A stretch of 64,000 nucleotides of DNA from Burkholderiales bacterium (GCA_035624535.1 DASPRI010000210.1:354-64353), one strand, 5' to 3'; shown: positions 29,717 through 40,346, counted from the stretch's first letter. The notes: generated by a model not told the origin, from the sequence alone. Numbers and translations are program-made.

Positions 29717-30547
29717 ATGTTATTAAAATTCACTAAAATGCAAGGATTGGGCAACGATTTCGTTGTCATGGATGGGATTTCGCAGCGAATTGGGCTGAGC
29801 TCGGGTCAATACCGCAAGATCGCCGACCGCCACTTCGGTATCGGTTGCGACCAAATCCTGTTGGTGGAAAAAGCGACCGGCAAAGGTACCGATTTCCGCT
29901 TCCGGATCTTCAATGCTGATGGCAATGAGGTCGAGCAATGCGGCAATGGTGCGCGCTGTTTTCTACGCTTCGTGCTGGAAAAAGGGCTCACCGACAAAAG
30001 AGCACTACAGGTAGAAAGCGCCAGCGGTATCATTCTTCTAAGGATGGAAGCCGATGACACTGTGACAGTCAACATGGGAATACCACGCTTTGCGCCCGAA
30101 GAAATTCCATTCGAAGCCAAGAAGCGTGCTCTCACTTACGCGCTTACAGTCAAGAACCGGCGGGTTGCGATCAGCGCCTTATCTATTGGAAACCCTCACG
30201 CCGTACAACTGGTGAGAAATGTCGATACAGCACCGGTCTCTACCCAAGGCCCGTTGATTGAAAAGCACGGGCGGTTTCCAAAGAAAGCAAATGCTGGTTA
30301 CATGCAGGTTGTGAATCGGGGTCGAATTAGGCTCCGAGTATTTGAGCGCGGAGTCGGCGAGACCCTATCCTGCGGAAGTGGGGCCTGTGCGGCAGTGGTT
30401 GCAGGCATCCAACGCCGGTTGTTGGACAACCAGGTGGTTGTGCAAACCCGCGGCGGAGAACTTAAAGTGCGATGGGACGGTGAAGGGAATCCGGTATGGA
30501 TGTCCGCAGGCGCGGTCACCGTGTTTGAGGGCATAATCGATATCTAG
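29717..30547 (+). CDS. dapF: diaminopimelate epimerase
   Basis: [35 protein letters not shown]. Confidence 0.96.
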   Translation: MLLKFTKMQGLGNDFVVMDGISQRIGLSSGQYRKIADRHFGIGCDQILLVEKATGKGTDFRFRIFNADGNEVEQCGNGARCFLRFVLEKGLTDKRALQVESASGIILLRMEADDTVTVNMGIPRFAPEEIPFEAKKRALTYALTVKNRRVAISALSIGNPHAVQLVRNVDTAPVSTQGPLIEKHGRFPKKANAGYMQVVNRGRIRLRVFERGVGETLSCGSGACAAVVAGIQRRLLDNQVVVQTRGGELKVRWDGEGNPVWMSAGAVTVFEGIIDI

Positions 30548-30559
30548 GAAAGGACGCGA

Positions 30560-31207
30560 ATGAAAATAAGAGCAGCAGAGGTTGCCGCTTTTCTTGAAGC
30601 GCATCCGGAGTTTTTCGAGGAGTACGCGGATTTACTTGCCGACATTTATATTCCCCACCCGCACGGCGGCAGGGCCATTCCAATTAGCGAGCGACAAATT
30701 CTGAGCCTGCGGGAAAGGAATCACCAGCTCGAGGCAAAGCTCAGGGAACTAATTCAGTTCGGTGAAGAAAACGACGCCATCGGCGAGCGTATACACCGCA
30801 TCGCGCTGGCATTGATTAATGCTCGCAACCTGGAATCATTATTGCACTCACTTTATTTCAACCTGCGCGAGGATTTCGCCGTGCCGCATGTGGCTCTGCG
30901 GCTGTGGGGGGTCAATATTAATCGGCAGTTGCCCGAGTTCACTGCGATCAGTGAAAAGTTGCGGCTTTTCTCGGAAACGCTGGCGAATCCCCACTGTTGC
31001 GCACAATTTGAAGGCGCCAGCTGGTTTGGCGAGGATGCGCCGAGGCTGCGGTCCTTTGCCTTAGTGGCACTTCGCTCCGAGCGGGTATTCGGCTTGCTCG
31101 CGCTCGCAAGCGAAGACGCCAAGCGTTTTTTTCCAGAAATGGGAACGTTGTATTTGAAACGACTGGGCGAACTGACCAGCGCTTCTCTAATGCGATATTT
31201 AGTGTGA
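30560..31207 (+). CDS. DUF484 family protein (YigA-like)
   Basis: V..FL..HPEFF.....L......P....G.A.S..ERQ pattern, and the conserved position between dapF and xerC. Confidence 0.85.
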   Translation: MKIRAAEVAAFLEAHPEFFEEYADLLADIYIPHPHGGRAIPISERQILSLRERNHQLEAKLRELIQFGEENDAIGERIHRIALALINARNLESLLHSLYFNLREDFAVPHVALRLWGVNINRQLPEFTAISEKLRLFSETLANPHCCAQFEGASWFGEDAPRLRSFALVALRSERVFGLLALASEDAKRFFPEMGTLYLKRLGELTSASLMRYLV

Positions 31208-31213
31208 GGAGTG

Positions 31214-32131
31214 ATGCTAGAAAAACAGGGAGCCGGAAGCATTCGGGCGCCCGAAAACGATAGGCTTGCAAGCTATTTGAGGTATCTCGCGACCGAGCGG
31301 CGCCTGAGCGACCACTCCTGTGCTAATTACGCGCGCGACATTAAGGCGCTGCTGCAGCTTGCCGGCGCTATGCCACTCGACGATTTACAGACGCAGCAAA
31401 TACGGCGCTATGTTGCACAGCTTCACGCAAATGGTTTAAGTGGCAAGACTCTTGCGCGCATGCTTTCGGCGTGGCGCGGCTATTACCGCTATCTGGCGCG
31501 TGACCACGGTTTAATGCGCAATCCATGCCAGGGTCTGCGTGCACCCAGGTCCGCAAAGCGCCTTCCGCATGCGCTGTCACCTGATGAAGCCAATCGTTTA
31601 GTCGAAATCCCAGTGGAGGGACCGCAAGCGCTGCGCGACAAGGCGATACTGGAACTTTTCTACTCCTCCGGTTTGCGCTTGAGCGAGCTTTCTGGATTGC
31701 GCGTGGAAGACCTCAACCTGGACGACGCCACGGTGCGCGTAACGGGCAAAGGCAATAAAACGCGCGTGGTACCGGTCGGCGGTCATGCAATCGCTGCCAT
31801 ACGTGCCTGGCTTGTAGAGCGCAGCAAATCGATTGGTGCCCAAGGAGCGCTGTTTCCCGGCAAAAACGGCAAAGCGCTTAGTCAACGTGCCATACAGTAT
31901 TGCGTGAAGCAAAGGGCGCTAAAGCAGGGCCTTGGTGGCAATGTGCATCCGCATGTTCTCCGGCATTCATTTGCATCGCATGTGCTGCAATCGAGCGGCG
32001 ATTTGCGGGCGGTTCAGGAAATGCTTGGACACGCCAGCATTTCAACGACTCAGGTCTATACTCATTTGGATTTTCAATACCTGGCGAAAGCCTACGATAA
32101 GGCTCATCCACGCGCCAAAAAGAAACCCTAG
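31214..32131 (+). CDS. xerC: tyrosine recombinase XerC
   Basis: N-terminal YLRYLATERRLS, C-terminal catalytic HVLRHSFASH...LGHASISTTQVYTH, and dapF-DUF484-xerC synteny. Confidence 0.92.
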   Translation: MLEKQGAGSIRAPENDRLASYLRYLATERRLSDHSCANYARDIKALLQLAGAMPLDDLQTQQIRRYVAQLHANGLSGKTLARMLSAWRGYYRYLARDHGLMRNPCQGLRAPRSAKRLPHALSPDEANRLVEIPVEGPQALRDKAILELFYSSGLRLSELSGLRVEDLNLDDATVRVTGKGNKTRVVPVGGHAIAAIRAWLVERSKSIGAQGALFPGKNGKALSQRAIQYCVKQRALKQGLGGNVHPHVLRHSFASHVLQSSGDLRAVQEMLGHASISTTQVYTHLDFQYLAKAYDKAHPRAKKKP

Positions 32132-32154
32132 CCCAGGGGTAGACGCTCAGCTGC

Positions 32155-33339
32155 ATGCATAGACTTATTCTTAAAAAAGGGCGCGAGAAATCGCTCTTGC
32201 GGCGCCATCCTTGGGTTTTTTCGGGCGCGATGGAGAGAATACACGGCGTGCCCGGGGCGGGCGATACCGTAGAAGTTGTCACTTCAAAAGAAATATTTCT
32301 TGCTCAGGCCGCCTACAGCCCGCATTCGCAGATCGTGGCGCGCGTGTGGGATTGGAACCGCGAGAGCCGCATCGACTCCGAATTCTTTCATAAGCGCTTG
32401 CACCGTGCCGTCGCGGCGCGGCAGACACTGGTTCGCGAATCCAATGCCATGCGTTTGGTGCATAGTGAATCAGATGGTTTGCCAGGCTTGGTTATAGATC
32501 GCTATTGCGACACCGTGGTAATGCAGGTATTGACCGCGGGAATGGAACGTTGGTACCAAACCTGCGCTGATCTTATTTTGCAACTGACCGGCACAGTGCG
32601 GGTGTATGAACGCTCGGACGCCGAGATAAGGCAGCTTGAGGGCCTAATTCCCAGAGTTGGGGTACTGCGTGGCACTGCGCCCCCGCAGCTCGTCAAAATC
32701 AGAGAAGGTCGTCTAGATTTCTGGGTGGATATCATGGGTGGCCAAAAGACCGGCTTTTATCTTGATCAGCGGGTGAACCGCATTCGGATAGGAGAAATTG
32801 CCTGCGAAAAGGAAGTGCTGGATTGCTTCTGCCACAGCGGCGGTTTTGCCTTGCATGCGCTTGCTTGCGGCGCGAAATCGGCCATGTGCATTGATACGTC
32901 CGAGGCGGCCCTGCGACTTGCTCGAGCAAATTTGGCGTTGAACAATTTGCCGGAAAATAAAGCCGCATGGTGCGAAGGCGACGTTTTTGCCATTCTTCGA
33001 GGCTTGCGCGATGACGGGAAGCGCTTCGATCTGGTTATACTCGACCCGCCAAAATTTGCCCCCACTGCCGCGCATGCAAATCGCGCGGCGCGTGGTTACA
33101 AAGACATCAATTTGCTTGCTTTCAAATTACTCCGCCCGGGAGGCTTGCTCGCGACATTTTCCTGCTCGGGCGGGATATCTGCCGAATTGTTTCAGAAAAT
33201 TGTCGCGGGCGCCGCGCTGGATGCGGGCATCGACGCGCAAGTCATAGAATTTTTTGCGGCAGCGCCCGATCATCCGGTGGCGCTCAATTTTCCCGAAAGC
33301 GCTTATCTGAAGGGCCTGCTGTGCCGGATTTCCGGTTAA
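32155..33339 (+). CDS. rlmI: 23S rRNA (cytosine-C5) methyltransferase RlmI-like (PUA + class I SAM MTase)
   Basis: MHRLILKKGREKSLLRRHPWVFSGA N-terminus, GLPGLVIDRY, a SAM motif in the C-domain and DPPKF. Confidence 0.88.
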   Translation: MHRLILKKGREKSLLRRHPWVFSGAMERIHGVPGAGDTVEVVTSKEIFLAQAAYSPHSQIVARVWDWNRESRIDSEFFHKRLHRAVAARQTLVRESNAMRLVHSESDGLPGLVIDRYCDTVVMQVLTAGMERWYQTCADLILQLTGTVRVYERSDAEIRQLEGLIPRVGVLRGTAPPQLVKIREGRLDFWVDIMGGQKTGFYLDQRVNRIRIGEIACEKEVLDCFCHSGGFALHALACGAKSAMCIDTSEAALRLARANLALNNLPENKAAWCEGDVFAILRGLRDDGKRFDLVILDPPKFAPTAAHANRAARGYKDINLLAFKLLRPGGLLATFSCSGGISAELFQKIVAGAALDAGIDAQVIEFFAAAPDHPVALNFPESAYLKGLLCRISG

Positions 33340-33462
33340 TCGGTAGGAGTTGCGATGCGCGTCGCGAGCACCGATTGCAGTTGAGGAATAATTGCGTCGC
33401 CTTTAGCGTTATGCTATAAACCTTGCGCAATGCAGGACTGTAAAAACAGTTCCTACTAATCC

Positions 33463-33834
33463 ATGTTTCTTCTGTCACGCCGCCTTATTGCACGCATCGC
33501 ATTGTTTGCGATGCTATTCAGTGGAATATCCCCCGCGCTGGCTGCACTCCGCTACTACGGCAATGCCGAAATTTTGCGGAACGTGATCAGTGCTCATTCG
33601 GCAAACAGCAATCCGGGGGAACATCACCATTCCGGCGCCGTCACGTCCAAGTCGCACGAAGTTTACTGCTCATTTTGCCTGGATATGGCCTCGGTACAGG
33701 CACTGACAGTGGCTTTATTGAATTTAGCTTCGCAGGCGGTTACCGCGGAAGATCGGCCGTTTGACTGTAGCTTTCACTCGGCATCCTCTTACTCCGCGCA
33801 GCATCCCCGAGCTCCTCCTTTTATTCCTCTCTGA
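33463..33834 (+). CDS. DUF2946-like small membrane-anchored Cys/His protein
   Basis: N-terminal hydrophobic anchor, a His-rich stretch (GEHHHSG) and CSFC. Size and position in front of copper genes are typical of DUF2946. Confidence 0.55.
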   Translation: MFLLSRRLIARIALFAMLFSGISPALAALRYYGNAEILRNVISAHSANSNPGEHHHSGAVTSKSHEVYCSFCLDMASVQALTVALLNLASQAVTAEDRPFDCSFHSASSYSAQHPRAPPFIPL

Positions 33835-33933
33835 TTCTCCCAAACTTTTAGCTCCGAAGCACGCCACGTTTCGCGTTTACCGCGCAGGCGGGCCTGCTTT
33901 TGATATTTGCTGCAATTAATAAAGGGGACAGGA

Positions 33934-34866
33934 ATGTCTGCGTTCCGAAGCATTTTGCTGTTGGCGGCGCTGATTTTAGTTGGGACAAGTCAGGCGTGGC
34001 CGCATGGTTTTGCCGGCAAGCGTTTCTTTCCGGCCACCTTGGCAGTTGATGACCCATTTATCTCCGACGAGCTTTCATTGGAAATGAATCACATTCGGGA
34101 GCCTGACCAGGTAAGCAATGAGTTCTCGGTGGCGTATTCTAAGCGCATCACTCCGGATTTCGGATTCGAGTTCAGCGAGGCCTATCAACACCTCGAGCCA
34201 AATCAGGGCGGGAGCAAGAACGGATTTGACAACCTCGATGTCGGCATGAAGTACCAATTCTTCCTGAGCGCGGTCCACGAAACCATTCTTTCGGTGGGCT
34301 TTGATGCCGAACTTGGTGGAACCGGCAGCGGAAACGTCGCAGATTCGTTCTCGACGCTTTCTCCGGGTTTTTTCTTCGGCAAGGGTTTTGGCGATCTGCC
34401 CGAGTCGATGAAGTTCCTCAGGCCATTCGCGATTACTGGGATGATCGGTCCCAATATTCCCACTCGCAGTAGTAACGTGACGACCACCATCGACCCAGTA
34501 ACGGGCGATATTAGTCAGGACAGCGAGCGCAACCCAACGACGTTAAGCTGGGGACTGACCTTTCAATATAATCTCCAGTATTTGCAATCCTATGTTGAGG
34601 ATGTTGGTCTTAAAGCGCCATTCAACCGGATGATTCCCATTGTAGAGCTGCCCCTTACCACGTGCCTCAATTTAGGCTGCAATGGGCAAACGACAGGCAC
34701 AGTGAATCCCGGGATCATCTGGTTCGGAAAGTACGTCCAATTGGGCGCAGAGGCCCAGATTCCGATCAACCAACGGACCGGAAACCATGTCGGCGTGTTG
34801 CTGCAGCTGCATTTCTTCATTGACGATCTATTTCCGCAAAGTATTGGTCGACCGATTTTCCGTTGA
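33934..34866 (+). CDS. putative outer-membrane beta-barrel protein (transporter-like)
   Basis: Signal peptide MSAFRSILLLAALILVGTSQA and an alternating amphipathic strand pattern throughout (FSVAYSKRITPDFGFEFSEAY, LSWGLTFQYNLQY, IIWFGKYVQLGAEAQIPI). No confident family assignment. Confidence 0.55.
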   Translation: MSAFRSILLLAALILVGTSQAWPHGFAGKRFFPATLAVDDPFISDELSLEMNHIREPDQVSNEFSVAYSKRITPDFGFEFSEAYQHLEPNQGGSKNGFDNLDVGMKYQFFLSAVHETILSVGFDAELGGTGSGNVADSFSTLSPGFFFGKGFGDLPESMKFLRPFAITGMIGPNIPTRSSNVTTTIDPVTGDISQDSERNPTTLSWGLTFQYNLQYLQSYVEDVGLKAPFNRMIPIVELPLTTCLNLGCNGQTTGTVNPGIIWFGKYVQLGAEAQIPINQRTGNHVGVLLQLHFFIDDLFPQSIGRPIFR

Positions 34867-34868
34867 AC

Positions 34869-35237
34869 ATGTGGATGCTCCGGATCGCAATTATCACATT
34901 CAGCCTCTTGTCTGCGGTTGCAACTCCGCTGTGTGCTTGGGCGCACGCCTTTCCTGATCATTCGAATCCGAGCGTGGGTTCGGTGATCACAGTGTCGCCT
35001 GCTCATGTGCGCATCTGGTTTGACGGCGCGCTGGAGCCGATTTTCAGTACGCTGCAGGTTCGCAACACCAGCGGCCAGCGGGTAGATCAAGGGGACGGGC
35101 ATGTAGATGAGTCGGACAAGACGTTACTCGAAGGCAGCCTGCCTCCGCTATCTCCTGGTACATACCACGTGTTCTGGAGCGTCGTGGCCCGCGACGGGCA
35201 CCGCACGGAAGGCGACTACACTTTTACTTTGCATTAG
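34869..35237 (+). CDS. copC: CopC-domain periplasmic copper-binding protein
   Basis: Signal peptide, a mature N-terminus HAFPDHSNP and a C-terminal W.V...DGH...G.Y.F pattern. Confidence 0.85.
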   Translation: MWMLRIAIITFSLLSAVATPLCAWAHAFPDHSNPSVGSVITVSPAHVRIWFDGALEPIFSTLQVRNTSGQRVDQGDGHVDESDKTLLEGSLPPLSPGTYHVFWSVVARDGHRTEGDYTFTLH

Positions 35238-35242
35238 AGGAA

Positions 35243-36304
35243 ATGATTATGTGGGCCGGCCTAGTGCACAGTGTTCCCAATCTAGTCGATCTCATCGCAA
35301 TCACAACATCGATCGGAACCTTGGCTTGCCGGCTGTGGGTGGTTCCGTGCGCGCCGACAGAATCGCCTTTGAATCAGAAGCTATTGATAAGGCTCTGGTG
35401 GCTGCTTCTTGTCTGCCTGGTCGTTCTCACACTGAGCAGCGTTATGGGCCTGATACAGCGCACGGCCGAAATGAGTGGCCGCCCGTATGGCGAAGTGTAT
35501 TCAATTCTCTTCGCGGTGATGCTGAACAGCCATTACGGGCAAACCTGGTTGATCCGCGTTGGAACTCTGGTTTTATTATGGATAGCTTGGTTGCCGGGTA
35601 AACGAAATTTGCAGTCGCGCGCCGTTCCTGCATTCATGTTGGCGGGCGCATTGGTTATCGCTTTCACGCGAAGTGCATCTGGGCACGGTGCTGATGCAGG
35701 CGATCTCAGCCTTCCCGAGCTTATGGATTGGTTTCATCTCTTGGCGGCCTCGGCATGGGGTGGCGGGATGGTGGCGTTTACCGCGGTGATATTTCCCACC
35801 TGCCGGCGCTATGAAGCGCAAAATTTCAGGCTGATTGCCGATTTGGCAGGACGGTTGTCGTTTCTCGCAGGGATTTCCCTTGCAGGAGTTTTGCTGACCG
35901 GTGCATACAATTACTGGCTTGAAGTCGCGAGTGTTTCAGCTCTTTGGGCAACACCGTATGGCAATATTCTCGCCATCAAGCTTTTGCTCGTGCTCGTGCT
36001 GATCATCCTGGGCGCGTCTAACCGCTATGTCAGTATACCGTTGCTTAAACGCTTAGCCGGCTATCCTCCCAGCGGAAACGGCGGCATGCAAAGACTTGCG
36101 CTGCAGTATCTGCCCCGCTTTCTGAAAAACGCGCAGGGGACCGGCGTTGCGCTTCACTTCGCACACACGGTGATGGTAGAGGTGATCGTAATGGCAGGCG
36201 TGTTGGTTTGCGCCGCATTACTCACTCACGAAACTCCGGCCAAACATCAATTCCACAGGGACCACACAACTCTGCAAGCACACCCTGGGCATGAATCGTA
36301 CTAA
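35243..36304 (+). CDS. copD: CopD-family inner-membrane copper resistance/uptake protein
   Basis: Multi-TM protein immediately after copC, with His-containing loops (SASGHGAD). Confidence 0.8.
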   Translation: MIMWAGLVHSVPNLVDLIAITTSIGTLACRLWVVPCAPTESPLNQKLLIRLWWLLLVCLVVLTLSSVMGLIQRTAEMSGRPYGEVYSILFAVMLNSHYGQTWLIRVGTLVLLWIAWLPGKRNLQSRAVPAFMLAGALVIAFTRSASGHGADAGDLSLPELMDWFHLLAASAWGGGMVAFTAVIFPTCRRYEAQNFRLIADLAGRLSFLAGISLAGVLLTGAYNYWLEVASVSALWATPYGNILAIKLLLVLVLIILGASNRYVSIPLLKRLAGYPPSGNGGMQRLALQYLPRFLKNAQGTGVALHFAHTVMVEVIVMAGVLVCAALLTHETPAKHQFHRDHTTLQAHPGHESY

Positions 36305-36436
36305 CGAGCCTCTCAATTAAATCCTCCGTGGGTTGCAAGGTGAATTGTGGATGCGCTTTGCGGCCGGCATGGTAACTGGGCAATGCTTAATGCGTGGAAC
36401 CTTGGCCCAACTCTGGAACCGAGTTTTCTTTAATTC

Positions 36437-37348
36437 CTAGCGAATCGATAGAAAGGGCTTGAAGCCGAGGGTCGCGCCGAGCCTGTCGGCCGCATGCTCC
36501 GCCTCGCTGCGAGTGCGGTACGGGCCGGCGTGTACCCGAAACAACCCTCCCTTGGTGAAAATGGAAAGCGTTTCGCCGAAACCGGCAAGCTGCGAGCGCA
36601 ACCGCGTCAAAAACTCCTCGGCATTGGATTTCGATGCGAACGCGCCGAGTTGCAGATAAATGCCACCCGCTTCCACCGATGCCGGCACGACTTGAGCGGG
36701 CACTGGCGGCAGCGCAGGGTCGGGCTCGACTGGTTTTGGCACTTGTGCCACAAGGGTCTCACTTCCAGGCAGCACGCTTTCTACTTCGACGATACCGCTT
36801 CCTTGAGCGGCTATTCCCAGCTTGTACGCGGCTGCATACGAGAGATCTATCAGCCGCCCGCCATAGAATGGCCCCCGGTCATTGATGCGCACAATCACCG
36901 AGCGATTGTTTCGCAAACTGGTCACCCGGGCATAACTGGGGATCGGCAAAGTGGGGTGCGCTGCCGACATCGCGTACATGTCGTAAGGCTCGCCCGATGA
37001 AGTTTTCTGGCCCTGGAATTTTCTGCCATACCACGAAGCGACGCCGCGCTCCTTATAATGCACAAAGCGCGTCTCGGGAACAAAGGTTTTGCCAAGAACG
37101 GTATACGGGCGGTTGGCGTATTTATTGAGTGGCTCAACGCGCGGTTTGGCGTCGGGAAGCGAATCAAGATTCGACGGCGGATTATCACCGGGGCCGTCGC
37201 CGAGATAATAGCCGTTGCCAGGTTGCCGTTTTGGCGTGCTGCCGCACGCGGCGAGAGCAAGCGCCAGAACGAGAGCACACAAAAAGCGAAGAGCGGGAAT
37301 AACGCAGAAAGTCTTTTGCCTGTGCTCCTCTCGATTCACCCTCGGCAC
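36437..37348 (-). CDS. rlpA: septal ring lytic transglycosylase RlpA (DPBB + SPOR domains), lipoprotein
   Basis: Lipobox LALAACG, a DPBB block (GVASWYG..F.G..T.SGE.YD...M.AAH.TLP..S...V......R.V.V..NDRGPF) and a C-terminal SPOR domain. Confidence 0.92.
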   Translation of the reverse strand: MPRVNREEHRQKTFCVIPALRFLCALVLALALAACGSTPKRQPGNGYYLGDGPGDNPPSNLDSLPDAKPRVEPLNKYANRPYTVLGKTFVPETRFVHYKERGVASWYGRKFQGQKTSSGEPYDMYAMSAAHPTLPIPSYARVTSLRNNRSVIVRINDRGPFYGGRLIDLSYAAAYKLGIAAQGSGIVEVESVLPGSETLVAQVPKPVEPDPALPPVPAQVVPASVEAGGIYLQLGAFASKSNAEEFLTRLRSQLAGFGETLSIFTKGGLFRVHAGPYRTRSEAEHAADRLGATLGFKPFLSIR

Positions 37349-37357
37349 TCCGCAGGC

Positions 37358-38452
37358 TCAGGTTTTAACCAGTTTCTTGTGCGTCTGGATACTCATCAAA
37401 ATACCGAAGCCCAGGCAGATCGTCACCAAAGCCGTGCCTCCGTAACTTACCAAAGGCAAGGGCACCCCGACTATCGGAAGTAATCCGCTTACCATCGCCA
37501 TGTTTACAAACGCGTAGGTAAAGAAAGTCAATGTAATAGCTCCTGCCATGAGCCGCGCGAAAAGGGTTGACGCGTTAGATGCGATGACTAGACCTCTGGC
37601 AATGACGAGCGCGTAGAGCGCCAGCAGCACGAGATTTCCCATTAAACCGAATTCTTCGCTGAATACCGCGAACACAAAATCAGTGTGGCGCTCGGGCAGG
37701 AATTCCAAGTGCGATTGCGTGCCGTTTAACCAACCCTTCCCGGCGACGCCGCCAGAACCCACCGCAATCGTGGACTGAATGGTGTGATAACCGGCGCCGA
37801 GCGGATCGGTAGATGGATCGAGCAGCGTGAGTATTCTTTGCCGTTGATAATCTCGCAACACGGTCCACAACACCGGCAGACTGGCAAGGCCCAGCGCGAC
37901 CAGACTAAGCATGATGCGCCAGCTCAATCCGGCAAGGAACAGTACATAAAAACCGGAAGCAGCAATCAATATCGCAGTACCCAGATCCGGCTGCCGCGCG
38001 ATCAGAGCCACCGGGACCAGCAATAACAAAGTCGCTACCACATAATTTCTCAAACGTAATGCCGTTTCGTGCTTGTCAAAATACCAGGCAAGCATCAAAG
38101 GTACGGCAATTTTCATAAGTTCTCCGGGCTGGATGCGGGTGACTCCAATATACAGCCAGCGCCGTGCGCCGTTGACTACCTCACCGAACACCGCGACCAG
38201 GATCAGCAGTATTATTCCCAGGAAATACATCGGCATCGATAGGCGCATCAGGTGCTGCGGGGGGACTTTGGATACCCCCCACATTGCCGCCAAAGCAATC
38301 AACATGCTCGCAAATTGGTTGCTGGTTTTGGCAGGACTCTGTCCGGTGGCACTGTAGAGCACAAACAGCCCCAGCAGCATGAGCAGGCAGACGGTACCTA
38401 ACAGGAAGCCGTCAATATGCGCGGTAAGGAAAAGCCACAGGCGTTTAATCAC
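37358..38452 (-). CDS. mrdB: peptidoglycan glycosyltransferase RodA (SEDS)
   Basis: SEDS pattern (QPGELMK, PDLGTA, LPE.HTDF.F, SYGGT). The GTG start at 38452 overlaps the mrdA stop by 8 nt. Confidence 0.92.
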   Translation of the reverse strand: MIKRLWLFLTAHIDGFLLGTVCLLMLLGLFVLYSATGQSPAKTSNQFASMLIALAAMWGVSKVPPQHLMRLSMPMYFLGIILLILVAVFGEVVNGARRWLYIGVTRIQPGELMKIAVPLMLAWYFDKHETALRLRNYVVATLLLLVPVALIARQPDLGTAILIAASGFYVLFLAGLSWRIMLSLVALGLASLPVLWTVLRDYQRQRILTLLDPSTDPLGAGYHTIQSTIAVGSGGVAGKGWLNGTQSHLEFLPERHTDFVFAVFSEEFGLMGNLVLLALYALVIARGLVIASNASTLFARLMAGAITLTFFTYAFVNMAMVSGLLPIVGVPLPLVSYGGTALVTICLGFGILMSIQTHKKLVKT

Positions 38453-40346
38453 TGGATTCCTGTTTCGCGGTAAGCGCTGGGAGCAGGTTTTCCGGCCGCT
38501 TGCCCAGCAGATAAAAATCCAGGACCTGCCGGGCCAAAGGCGCTGCCGTGGCAGCACCATGACCGCCGTTTTCCACAATCACGGCCAGCGCGATTTGCGG
38601 ATTATCAGCCGGTGCATAGGCAATGAACAGCGAATGGTCGCGCTGCCGCTCATCCACTTTCTTCTCGTCATATTTCTCGTTTTCTCTGAATGCAATGACC
38701 TGTGCGGTTCCGGTCTTGCCAGCAATTGGGTAGGCGCTGTTAGCCCCGGCGCGCGCTGCAGTGCCGCCCGGGCCGGTCACGTCGACTAGGGCTTTTTGCA
38801 CGAAGCTCAGGTTCGCAGGTTTGAAATTAAGGTTGTACAACACGGCGATGGGGATACTATTTAATTGGTTGGTTCTGCTGTCCTGAATGTAGCGCACAAG
38901 ATGCGGGCGGAAAGCAACGCCGTTGTTGGCAAGAATGGCGGTGGCATTAGCGAGCTGCAAAGGAGTGACCAGCTCGTAGCCCTGTCCGATGCCCACGCTT
39001 ACTGTGTCACCGGCAAACCATTTCTCCTTGTAACGCCTTAACTTCCATTCCTGCGAGGGCAGCAGGCCCAAACCTTCGCCTTCGATGTCAATGCCGGTTT
39101 TTTGGCCTAAGCCAAAATGGCTGACGAAGTTGTGAATATTATCTATTCCAAGATCGACGGCGAGACCATAGAAATAACTGTCGCACGACACCACCAATGC
39201 CTTGTGCAAATCCACTATGCCGTGGCCGCCGGCCTTCCAGTCGCGATAGCGATGGGTGCCGCCGGGCAGGGTGAAATATCCCGGATCGTTGATCGTGAAT
39301 TGCGGGCTGCGTTTGTTGAGTTCAAGTCCTGCCAGCGCCAGGAAAGGCTTAAACGTCGAGCCGGGCGGATATTGTCCGCTCAATGCGCGGTTAGTAAGCG
39401 GTTTATCCGGCGAGTTATTCAGAGCAATCCAGTTCTGCGGGTCAATGCCGTCGACGAACAGATTGGGATCAAAGCCCGGCTTGCTCACGAACGCCAACAC
39501 GTTCCCGGTGGAGGGTTCGATCGCCACTAACGCACCCCGATAATTGCCGAATGCCTTATCGGTAAATTCCTGAAGCCGTGCGTCGAGCGTCAGGAGTAGA
39601 TTGTCACCGGAAATCGGCGGAATGCGGCTTAAGGTGCGGACTACGCGCCCGTTCGCGTCAACTTCCACCTGCTCAAATCCCGTCTTGCCGTGCAATTGCA
39701 TTTCATAGCTTTGCTCGATTCCGGATTTGCCGATGTAATCCGAGCCGCGATAATTCGCCAGCTCTCCTTTTTCCTCCAACCAGTCCATGTCGTCGTCATT
39801 GATCCTGCTGATATAACCGACAGCATGCGACGTCATCTCCCCAAGGGGATAATGCCGAAACAAGCGTGCCTTAATGTCAACTCCAGGGAAACGATAGTGA
39901 TTCACGGCAATGCGCGCGACCTCGACGTCATTTAGCCGCGTGCGTATCGGCAGACTTTCAGCGTTTTTACTCTCCTCCATCACCTTGCGGAAGCGCTTGC
40001 GATCCTTGGGTGTAATTTCCACTACGTTGGCGAGCTGGTTGATAAGCTCCGGGAGGTTATCGACCTTGGACGGTGTTATTTCCAAAGTATAGGCGGAGAA
40101 ATTATGTGCCAGCACCACGCCATTACGGTCGAGAATCAGGCCGCGGTTAGGAACGATCGGAACAATTGATATGCGGTTATTCTCGGCGAGCGTACTGTAA
40201 TACTCGTGCTGCACCACTTGTAGATAGTAAAACCGCATGAACAACAGAAGAAAGAACAGAAGCGCGACAACAGCGGCAATTGCCAGCCGCAGCCTAAAGT
40301 AATGGAGTTCGCGCTGGTGGTCTTTGAGTTCTATGCTGCCGTTCAT
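38445..40346 (-). CDS. mrdA: penicillin-binding protein 2 (elongasome transpeptidase)
   Basis: N-terminal anchor, then STFKP (SxxK), an SCD (SxD, SxN-type) motif and KTGTA. The ATG overlaps the mreD stop (ATGA). Confidence 0.95.
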   Translation of the reverse strand: MNGSIELKDHQRELHYFRLRLAIAAVVALLFFLLLFMRFYYLQVVQHEYYSTLAENNRISIVPIVPNRGLILDRNGVVLAHNFSAYTLEITPSKVDNLPELINQLANVVEITPKDRKRFRKVMEESKNAESLPIRTRLNDVEVARIAVNHYRFPGVDIKARLFRHYPLGEMTSHAVGYISRINDDDMDWLEEKGELANYRGSDYIGKSGIEQSYEMQLHGKTGFEQVEVDANGRVVRTLSRIPPISGDNLLLTLDARLQEFTDKAFGNYRGALVAIEPSTGNVLAFVSKPGFDPNLFVDGIDPQNWIALNNSPDKPLTNRALSGQYPPGSTFKPFLALAGLELNKRSPQFTINDPGYFTLPGGTHRYRDWKAGGHGIVDLHKALVVSCDSYFYGLAVDLGIDNIHNFVSHFGLGQKTGIDIEGEGLGLLPSQEWKLRRYKEKWFAGDTVSVGIGQGYELVTPLQLANATAILANNGVAFRPHLVRYIQDSRTNQLNSIPIAVLYNLNFKPANLSFVQKALVDVTGPGGTAARAGANSAYPIAGKTGTAQVIAFRENEKYDEKKVDERQRDHSLFIAYAPADNPQIALAVIVENGGHGAATAAPLARQVLDFYLLGKRPENLLPALTAKQESSD

